Below, one piece after another: positions 9,382-16,139 of a DNA stretch of 59,420 nucleotides. The position numbers and the translations under genes are program-made. Below the pieces are notes generated by a model, which saw nothing but the letters and a program-made list of their open reading frames with translations, did no database searches and had not been told where the DNA came from. Within the stretch, counting starts at the first letter, position 1; every line of letters starts with the position of its first letter. This DNA comes from Thiotrichales bacterium (lineage in GTDB: Bacteria > Pseudomonadota > Gammaproteobacteria > GCF-002020875): the NCBI GenBank assembly GCA_018658305.1, contig JABHVM010000073.1:1-59420 (forward strand), in the 5' to 3' direction.

Positions 9382-9640
9382 AATATTGAATCTCCTTTTT
9401 TCTTGCTCTGCGTACAGAAATAATGCGGACTGCTTCGTCTCTATATGTATACACAGCAGTCCAATGTTTTTGTCCTATTTTGCCAATGGCAAAGAATCTC
9501 AGCTCTGACTCTAATTCGGATTTAGCATTTAGCCCGAGAAGATCAGGGTCATCCCAAAGTGCCTGAGCATCGTGAAAGTCTATTCCGTGCTTTTCTAGAT
9601 TCTTCTGACTTTTTACTGAATCGTACTCAAAAATAATCAT
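9371..9640 (-). CDS. brnT: BrnT-type toxin (DUF497 ribonuclease family)
   Basis: 89 aa. FEYDSVKSQKNLEKHGIDFHDAQALWDDP ... RIISVRRARKKE matches the BrnT/DUF497 pattern. Toxin-first order, as in BrnTA. Confidence 0.85.
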   Translation of the reverse strand: MIIFEYDSVKSQKNLEKHGIDFHDAQALWDDPDLLGLNAKSELESELRFFAIGKIGQKHWTAVYTYRDEAVRIISVRRARKKEIQYYEG

Positions 9641-9641
9641 A

Positions 9642-9656
9642 GTATAATAATTATAC
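9642..9656. promoter_or_regulatory. Perfect 7-1-7 palindrome GTATAAT-A-ATTATAC overlapping a TATAAT -10-like hexamer just upstream of brnT
   Basis: Read directly. Lies 2-16 nt upstream of the brnT ATG on its sense strand. This is typical geometry for a TA autorepression operator. Confidence 0.4.
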
Positions 9657-9898
9657 CATTTCCGCTATTATTGTTCAACTCCCAAATCCACACATAGGAA
9701 TCTACTCTATCCGAGGAGCGAGGTCGTGCAACCCATAACTGGAGCTTAAAGCAATGCTCGGGTCTGCTATAGTCCTAGACCAATATTTATCTCTATTTTT
9801 TTGATTCAGGTTAATGACTCCATTGGTTATATGTGTCATCATTAGCTGATATTTACACTTCTATAAAAGTATTTTAACTGAGACTAAATTAACTCCTT

Positions 9899-10684
9899 AT
9901 GAATAACCAGATCCCATACTACCAACCTCAACATAATGAGGTTGATATTTTTGAGTACGCTTTTTCGAATCAACTTCCAGTCCTTATCAAAGGTCCAACT
10001 GGCTGCGGTAAGACTCGCTTTATTAGCCATATGGCGGCAAAGTTTAATATTCCTCTCAATACGGTGGCTTGTCACGATGATCTTACTGCTGCTGATCTGG
10101 TTGGTCGTCACTTGATAGGAGATGGTGAAACTTACTGGAGTGATGGGCCGCTCACTCGCTCTGTGCGCAGTGGCGGGATCTGTTATCTAGATGAGGTTAT
10201 TGAGGCGCGCAAGGATACAACCGTTGTCCTCCACCCACTCTCTGATGATAGGCGCATTCTGCCTTTAGATCGTACAGGTGAAATTTTAGATGCACCTGAT
10301 GATTTTATGTTGGTTGTCTCCTACAATCCAGGTTATCAGAACTTCTTAAAAGGGATGAAACCGAGTACTCGACAGCGCTTTATATCGATCCGTTTTGATT
10401 TTCCTACAGCAGAACTTGAACAGCAAATTATTAGTAATGAGAGTAGTGCAGATGGCGATTTAGTTAAACGGATAGTATCTCTGGGCAGAGCTCTGCGCAC
10501 TCTCAAAGATCACGATCTTGAAGAGGCTGCCTCTACCCGCTTATTGATCTATGCTGCCCGTCTTATCCATAGCGGATTTGATCCTGTAGAGGCGTGTCGC
10601 TGTTCGTTAGTGGAACCTCTAACCGATGACCTTGAAACTGCAGATGCTCTGATGGAGATTGTTAGAGCTACCTTCGGTAGATAA
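9899..10684 (+). CDS. MoxR-class AAA+ ATPase of the CbbQ/NorQ/NirQ family (orphan copy)
   Basis: 261 aa. Walker A KGPTGCGKT and Walker B ICYLDEVIEARKDTTVV, plus SYNPGYQ and STRLL blocks. Long identical blocks are shared with the cbbQ at 31616-32425. Confidence 0.85.
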   Translation: MNNQIPYYQPQHNEVDIFEYAFSNQLPVLIKGPTGCGKTRFISHMAAKFNIPLNTVACHDDLTAADLVGRHLIGDGETYWSDGPLTRSVRSGGICYLDEVIEARKDTTVVLHPLSDDRRILPLDRTGEILDAPDDFMLVVSYNPGYQNFLKGMKPSTRQRFISIRFDFPTAELEQQIISNESSADGDLVKRIVSLGRALRTLKDHDLEEAASTRLLIYAARLIHSGFDPVEACRCSLVEPLTDDLETADALMEIVRATFGR

Positions 10685-10702
10685 CGGAATATATAATTTA
10701 GT

Positions 10703-12595
10703 ATGGAAGAGCAGGTAGGAGCCTATTGGCATAGACTAATTACTCGCAGCGCTAATCGGCGCTATCCTGAAGCTGTGGTCGCGCTGGATGATATTAAAAA
10801 AGTTGTAGGGGTGATGTTTCGCGCTTTAGGTGGAGATAGTGGATTAAAGGTTGAGGAGAGTTATGCAACTAACCATTTTGGTAGGCGCACCTTTCTGCAG
10901 AAAATTGCCGGATCTGATCAGCGCATTCATAACTCCTGGCTTGATGAGAGCGCCCTACTTCTTCCCCCAACTATAGATCTACTCCCAGAGCGTGAACTTA
11001 ATAGGGATCTCTATATCTGGCTTGCAATGCTTGCATCTTTAAAATTAAAGTCTAGAGAGGTGTTGCACTGGATAGAGCAGAATCGGCGTCAAAGTAGTGC
11101 GACACTGCTCCGCTTTCCTGGTTTCGCAGATAGATATAGTGCTCTTGCGAGCGCAGTGGTTGAGCTTAGGGTTGAACTTAAAACTCTCGCTCCTGATCTG
11201 CGAAAAATTGAACAGCAAGTGCGTGAGATAATTATCAACCCTACTAACCCAGCTACCGATCTTTTTAAAGTTGGTGACTATAGCCCCGAGCAGTCTGTGC
11301 CGTTGTGGCTAGTCCCGCATCCTGCCCAACTTGCGGGAGATAAGCTGAATGATTTAGATGATAAACAGGAACATAAATCTAAGCAAGATGATCCTGAAAA
11401 TGGTGAAAATGAGCGCTCTAAGGAGTCAAAAAAGGAGCGGAAAAATAGGCTCAGAAAAGCGGAACGCACTGATGATCCTGATGGTAAAAGTGGCTTGATC
11501 GCATTTCGGATGGAGAGTCTATTTACTCTTGCAGAGTTTGTTAAGGTTGACCGTACTACAGATGATGAGAGTGATGATGATGCCGAGAGTAAAGCTGAAG
11601 ATCTTGATGTTATAACTATATCTAAAGAGCAACAGAGCGGTAAGGGGGGGCTTAAATTTGATCTTGATCTCCCCGCCGCAGAGTATGATGATACTCCACT
11701 AAGTGCACCTATTCTCTATCCAGAGTGGAACTATAAAACTGGAGTTTTAGAGAAAAATATGTGTAGTATAGTTCCGTTAATATCTAATAAGGTGGAGTCA
11801 GTTAAACTTCCTGTAGAGTTACAGAGCTCGGCTCAAAAAGTTCGACGCCAATTTGAGGCGTTAATTCCTCAACGCACGTGGTTTCGTGGTGAGGTAGATG
11901 GATCTGAGTTGGATATAGATTCCTATATTCAGTTTAGGAGTGCAAAAAGTTTATCTCATAATACGCAAGAGCCCGCACTCTATAAAAATTTTCGGAGTGG
12001 TAGCCGTGACCTAGCCACCCTACTTTTGGCAGATCTCTCCCTCTCAACTGATAGCTGGGTTAATAACCACTCTAGGGTTATTGATGTGATTCGTGAAAGC
12101 CTGCATCTTTTTGCTGATGCCCTCTCTCACACTGGAGATCGCTTCTCACTCTATGGCTTCTCTTCCAGAAGTCGTGAACATGTCCGTTTTCATCAGTTAA
12201 AAACTTTTAGTGAGCCGTTCAATGATCAGGTACGTGGGCGGATTGAGGATATAAAGCCAGGCTACTATACCCGTATGGGGGCGGCTATTCGACATGCAGC
12301 ATCTATTCTCTCTAAACAGCCCGCAGCTAGAAGAATACTCTTAATTCTAACCGATGGAAAACCAAATGATTTAGATCACTATGAGGGACGTTACGGAATT
12401 GAAGATACGCGTGAAGCAATTTTTGAGGCTAAACGCCAAGGTCTCTATCCATTCTGTGTAACCATAGATGAGGAGGGGAAAGAGTATCTACCGCACATCT
12501 TTGGTCCGAGTGGATTTATTGTTATTCGTAAGCCAGCCGAACTACCTATGCGCCTTCCTAAGCTCTACGCTAAGATTACGCAAGGAGAGGCGTGA
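10703..12595 (+). CDS. VWA-domain adaptor of the CbbO/NorD family (orphan copy)
   Basis: 630 aa. C-terminal von Willebrand A domain with MIDAS DLSLS (LLLADLSLSTDS) and LILTDGKPND. It closes with IRKPAELPMRLPKLYAKI, like the CbbO end VEKLPEKLPTLFASL. The central part carries a highly charged low-complexity insert. Confidence 0.8.
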   Translation: MEEQVGAYWHRLITRSANRRYPEAVVALDDIKKVVGVMFRALGGDSGLKVEESYATNHFGRRTFLQKIAGSDQRIHNSWLDESALLLPPTIDLLPERELNRDLYIWLAMLASLKLKSREVLHWIEQNRRQSSATLLRFPGFADRYSALASAVVELRVELKTLAPDLRKIEQQVREIIINPTNPATDLFKVGDYSPEQSVPLWLVPHPAQLAGDKLNDLDDKQEHKSKQDDPENGENERSKESKKERKNRLRKAERTDDPDGKSGLIAFRMESLFTLAEFVKVDRTTDDESDDDAESKAEDLDVITISKEQQSGKGGLKFDLDLPAAEYDDTPLSAPILYPEWNYKTGVLEKNMCSIVPLISNKVESVKLPVELQSSAQKVRRQFEALIPQRTWFRGEVDGSELDIDSYIQFRSAKSLSHNTQEPALYKNFRSGSRDLATLLLADLSLSTDSWVNNHSRVIDVIRESLHLFADALSHTGDRFSLYGFSSRSREHVRFHQLKTFSEPFNDQVRGRIEDIKPGYYTRMGAAIRHAASILSKQPAARRILLILTDGKPNDLDHYEGRYGIEDTREAIFEAKRQGLYPFCVTIDEEGKEYLPHIFGPSGFIVIRKPAELPMRLPKLYAKITQGEA

Positions 12596-12606
12596 GTAGT
12601 GCAAGT

Positions 12607-13986
12607 TTAATATATTACAACAGAGGCGACAGCTCCTCCACCCTCTCTATTTTCTATATCTACACTCCAGCCATTAACGGCTGCTAAATTATGTACAACT
12701 GCCAACCCTAATCCTGATCCTCCACTCTTTTTAGAGCGAGAACTATCCACTCTAAAAAATGGACTAAACAGATTATCTATATCCTCTGTTGGGACTCCCG
12801 GACCTCTATCTAAAACTTTTATCTCTACACTATTTGAGGATGAATGGAGCTCAACTTCAACCCCTTTTCCATCAGCATAACGCTCACTATTATCCAGATA
12901 GTTAGATAAAATTCTCTCTAGGGCAACTCTATCTATGTTTCTAACTACCGCTATGTTTCTAACTACCTCTATACTTTTTACTGTTGCAAGAGTACTCTTA
13001 TTTTTCCAACTTATATTGCGCCCATCTCTCTTTTTGCGTTCAACCACAGTGGTTATTAAGCTGTTCAACTCTACCTTCTCAGTTGCACTCTGTTTCTCTC
13101 CCTGCGCATAAGCTAGTGATTCGCGGATCATTCGATCCATCACCTCTATATCCTCCACCATTCCATTAATTAGCTCTGGATCGGGCTCCGTTGCGAGAAT
13201 CTCTATACTCAAGCGCATTCGTGCTAATGGGGTTTTGAGGTCATGAGATATTCCAGCCAACAAGGTGGAGCGGTTCTCTGTCAATTTGCGTATGTTTATC
13301 ACCATCCAGTTGAAATTTTCAATCAGGGAGCGTAGCTCTTGCGGTCCATATTCAGGAATTTGCTCAGGATACATCCCCATTCCCAACTCACCAACTGCTG
13401 ACTTTAACTCTAAAATAGGTTTAACTAGCCAGCGTGCAAGCAGATATACAGCTATTGAAGTACTTAAAAGAACTAGCAGTAATACTGTTATTAAGGTTAT
13501 GGGGTTGAGACAACCTTGGCGGTTAGCCGAGAACCCTATGCGAATAGTACTGTTTCCATAATGCTCTGGTAGATCTACCCAGTAGTGCTTATGCTTATGC
13601 TTATGCTCCATACTACCACTCTCTAATTGAAGCACTCTTACAGGTTGAGAAAATCGTCTGCTCAGCTCATTTTCCAGAAAGTACCAGAATGGTATTTTCC
13701 ACTCTACAGCTCTACTACTCAGTTCAATATCACCTTTAATAAATCCTGCGGTCTCATTCTCCTCCTCAATACCTATAAAATCATCTACGCTTTGCATTAG
13801 GGATGGTCTTTTGGTTGTGGCGACTAATGCATCTGCAAAGTTATTAACCTGAATATCAATGCTAGGAAGTATCACCTGCTTGAATAGTATAGTGAGAGTC
13901 AAGATTTGTAACACTACCATCACTATCCCTACTAGAAGTAGAGTGCGACTATAGATACTCTTAGGTAGTTTGAATAGTCTAAACAC
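12607..13986 (-). CDS. Sensor histidine kinase (EnvZ-like, HAMP + HisKA + HATPase)
   Basis: 459 aa. Two TM segments. H-box LLAGISHDLKTPLARMRL, N-box LSNYLDNSERY and G-boxes DRGPGV / GGSGLGLAVV. Overlaps the RR gene by 8 nt. Confidence 0.85.
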   Translation of the reverse strand: MFRLFKLPKSIYSRTLLLVGIVMVVLQILTLTILFKQVILPSIDIQVNNFADALVATTKRPSLMQSVDDFIGIEEENETAGFIKGDIELSSRAVEWKIPFWYFLENELSRRFSQPVRVLQLESGSMEHKHKHKHYWVDLPEHYGNSTIRIGFSANRQGCLNPITLITVLLLVLLSTSIAVYLLARWLVKPILELKSAVGELGMGMYPEQIPEYGPQELRSLIENFNWMVINIRKLTENRSTLLAGISHDLKTPLARMRLSIEILATEPDPELINGMVEDIEVMDRMIRESLAYAQGEKQSATEKVELNSLITTVVERKKRDGRNISWKNKSTLATVKSIEVVRNIAVVRNIDRVALERILSNYLDNSERYADGKGVEVELHSSSNSVEIKVLDRGPGVPTEDIDNLFSPFFRVDSSRSKKSGGSGLGLAVVHNLAAVNGWSVDIENREGGGAVASVVIY

Positions 13987-14725
13987 TACTATCCATATTG
14001 TCGGTTGTGAAGAGGTAGCCTACACCGCGTACAGTCTTGATAAACTCGGGGTGTTGTGAATCTTTCTCAATTTTCTTTCTAATTCGTGCAATTCGGACAT
14101 CTATGCTGCGATCAAATGCCTCCTCTGCCCCTATCTCTAATATATCTAGAAGATGATCTCTACTCATAACTCTTCCTCTATTTTCTAATAGATGCCTCAA
14201 TAGCTCAAATTCACCGCTAGTGATCTCCACTCTATCCCCGTTGTGACTAAGCGAGTAGTTGTCTAGATTGACTATATACTCGCCAAAGGTAATACTGTTT
14301 TTACCACTAGCCATCTGTTCAATCTCCTTCTCCTCATTAATACGTCGCAAAATAGAGCGAACTCTCGCTAAGAGCTCCCTTGGATTGAATGGTTTTGCTA
14401 AGTAGTCATCTGCCCCAACCTCTAATCCAACAATGCGATCCACCTCATCCCCTTTGGCGCTTAGAATTATAATTGGTAATTTAGAGACGGCGTCGCTACT
14501 ACTACTACTGTGATGTAATCGTCGGGCGATTGAGAGACCATCTTCACCAGGAAGCATTAGATCGAGAATTAAGAGGTCTGGAGTAAAACTCTCCAGTACT
14601 CTATCCATCTCTACCCCATCTTCAGCAGCATCAACCTCAAACCCATGCTGTTTCAGGTAGCGACAGAGAAGATCTCTTAATGATTTATCATCATCAACAA
14701 CTAATATTTTATTTTTATCACTCAT
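13979..14725 (-). CDS. OmpR/PhoB-family response regulator
   Basis: 248 aa. Receiver domain (ILVVDDD ... LILDLMLPGEDG ... ILSAKG) plus winged-helix output (FIKTVRGVGYLF). A poly-Ser insert (HHSSSSSD) comes from an ACT trinucleotide run. Confidence 0.9.
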   Translation of the reverse strand: MSDKNKILVVDDDKSLRDLLCRYLKQHGFEVDAAEDGVEMDRVLESFTPDLLILDLMLPGEDGLSIARRLHHSSSSSDAVSKLPIIILSAKGDEVDRIVGLEVGADDYLAKPFNPRELLARVRSILRRINEEKEIEQMASGKNSITFGEYIVNLDNYSLSHNGDRVEITSGEFELLRHLLENRGRVMSRDHLLDILEIGAEEAFDRSIDVRIARIRKKIEKDSQHPEFIKTVRGVGYLFTTDNMDSSV

Positions 14726-14776
14726 AAGTTAGCCATAAATAGTATGTTTGTGTATACACTTAGTTCATTATACCTA

Positions 14777-14813
14777 TTCATCTTAACTATAAGATGAATT
14801 TTTTTATTTTTTT
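14777..14813 (+). terminator. Orphan hairpin plus T-tracts in the divergent intergenic region
   Basis: TTCATCTTA-ACTA-TAAGATGAA (perfect 9-bp stem) followed by TTTTTTTATTTTTTT. There is no upstream plus-strand gene. The stem is AT-rich, so it is weak. Confidence 0.3.
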
Positions 14814-14886
14814 GCCGCAGAAATATATTGAAACATTCGGACATATTGGTGAAATAGAGCTCCGCTATAATAGTCGCAACTTAAAG

Positions 14887-14909
14887 GGAAACCTTAGAGG
14901 AAAACCTTA
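14887..14909 (+). promoter_or_regulatory. Direct repeat GGAAACCTTA / GGAAAACCTTA (12-bp period) upstream of the small secreted-protein gene
   Basis: Read directly. Lies 35-57 bp upstream of ATG 14944. OmpR/PhoB-family regulators bind direct repeats with about one helical turn of spacing. Confidence 0.35.
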
Positions 14910-14943
14910 TCTAACTTAACTTTAATATCAAGGAAACTTAATC

Positions 14944-15204
14944 ATGAAAATTTTAAACAAGGGTATAACAACTATCGCTGCAACTCTACTTATTGCTAGT
15001 TCAGCTTCAGCAGTAAACTATTATGACCTAGATGATACTGGTTATAACTGGTCATCTGAGAGTAATAACATTGAGCAGGCTACTGTTTCACATTACTCAC
15101 TTAAAGATAGTGGATTCTACTGGTCACAGGATGAAGAGACGAGCGTAGAGCCTGCTAGTCACTACACTTTTGAAGATTATGCAGATAGTGGGTATGACTT
15201 TTAA
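14944..15204 (+). CDS. Small secreted aromatic/acidic repeat protein
   Basis: 86 aa. Signal peptide ending ASSASA/VN. The mature ~63 aa contains three degenerate repeats (DTGYNWSSE..ATVSHY / DSGFYWSQDE..EPASHY / DSGYDF). AAGGAA SD. A terminator follows. Confidence 0.55.
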   Translation: MKILNKGITTIAATLLIASSASAVNYYDLDDTGYNWSSESNNIEQATVSHYSLKDSGFYWSQDEETSVEPASHYTFEDYADSGYDF

Positions 15205-15248
15205 TGAAAATATAGATTAAACTCTATATTTAAGTATGAAGTACACTT

Positions 15249-15281
15249 AACAGCTCTCAGTTATTACTACTGAGGGCTGTT
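15249..15281. terminator. Hairpin between convergent genes (small ORF and merR-like)
   Basis: AACAGCTCTCAG-N9-CTGAGGGCTGTT forms a 12-bp stem with one G-U. On the plus strand it is followed by TTGCTGTTT. Confidence 0.5.
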
Positions 15282-15287
15282 TGCTGT

Positions 15288-15647
15288 TTAAGTAAGTAAC
15301 TCTAAAATTGATTCGAGTTCGCGGCGAACCTCCGCCATATCCGCCTTGGAGTTACCTCTACCCTCTTTATTATCCATCTTCTCGTTTGCACCGTTGATAG
15401 TAAACCCCTCTTCATAGAGTAGTGCGCGAATTTTACGAATAAGCTTTATATCTTTTTGTTGGTAGTAACGCCTCTTTCCTCTACGCGTTAATGGTGTTAA
15501 CTGTTTAAATTCTTGTTCCCAATAGCGCAGGACATGTGGTTTAACTGCGCATAATTCAGATACTTCACCAATGGTAAAGTAGAGTTTATCAGGTATGGGC
15601 GGGAGGTCACTAACCTTTACACTGTTAGATATAGCATCATGGCTCAC
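15288..15647 (-). CDS. MerR-family transcriptional regulator (ihfA-linked type)
   Basis: 119 aa. HTH block [25 protein letters not shown] ... RRYYQQKDI. Overlaps the ihfA stop by 11 nt, in the position conserved downstream of ihfA in gammaproteobacteria. Confidence 0.8.
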   Translation of the reverse strand: MSHDAISNSVKVSDLPPIPDKLYFTIGEVSELCAVKPHVLRYWEQEFKQLTPLTRRGKRRYYQQKDIKLIRKIRALLYEEGFTINGANEKMDNKEGRGNSKADMAEVRRELESILELLT

Positions 15648-15930
15648 TATAACCGCCCACGCTCTCCTTTAAATTAAGACCAGCTTTAAAGGTGACTACA
15701 CGGCGAGCAGTAATAGGAATCTCTTCACCAGTTTTAGGATTTCTTCCTGGACGAGGTGCTTTTTCACGCAGATCAAAATGGCCGAAACCAGAGAGTTTAA
15801 CGCTCTCTCCGCTCTCTAGTGAGGAGCGAATCTCCTCATAAAACATCTCAACCATCTCTTTAGCTTCGCGTTTATTGAAGCCTAACTCTCTATTTAATTT
15901 ATCACTAAGTGATGCTTTGGTTAATGTCAC
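15637..15930 (-). CDS. ihfA: Integration host factor subunit alpha
   Basis: 97 aa. Near-colinear with E. coli IhfA (LTKA..., [41 protein letters not shown]). Confidence 0.95.
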   Translation of the reverse strand: MTLTKASLSDKLNRELGFNKREAKEMVEMFYEEIRSSLESGESVKLSGFGHFDLREKAPRPGRNPKTGEEIPITARRVVTFKAGLNLKESVGGYSEP

Positions 15931-15948
15931 TATATTCTGCTCCTAATG

Positions 15949-16000
15949 TTCTATCTAATAATTCTATCTAATAATTCCATCTAATAATTCTATCTAACCA
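15949..16000. repeat. 13-bp tandem repeat x4 (TTCTATCTAATAA) upstream of ihfA
   Basis: Units at 15949-15961, 15962-15974, 15975-15987 (1 mismatch) and 15988-16000 (degenerate 3' end). The array starts 19 bp upstream of the ihfA start codon. Confidence 0.85.
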
Positions 16001-16139
16001 TTAATATATTCTGTTTTTACTGCCTACATACTAATTATTAGTTACTCTATTCGCTACTTTATGTTTTTTATTATTGCATTACAGCGCTATGATACTACAT
16101 TTAATGCGCTATTTACAGTATTACCATATATATATTTTA

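Noticed and set aside
9899-12595. Interpreting the orphan MoxR/VWA pair next to BrnTA as a phage-defence (vWA-MoxR conflict) system
   Set aside because: The ATPase shares long identical blocks with the bona fide cbbQ in this window, and the partner has the CbbO/NorD C-terminus. No effector, protease or nuclease gene is associated. A chaperone/maturation role is more parsimonious. The pair is retained as a finding with its client unknown.
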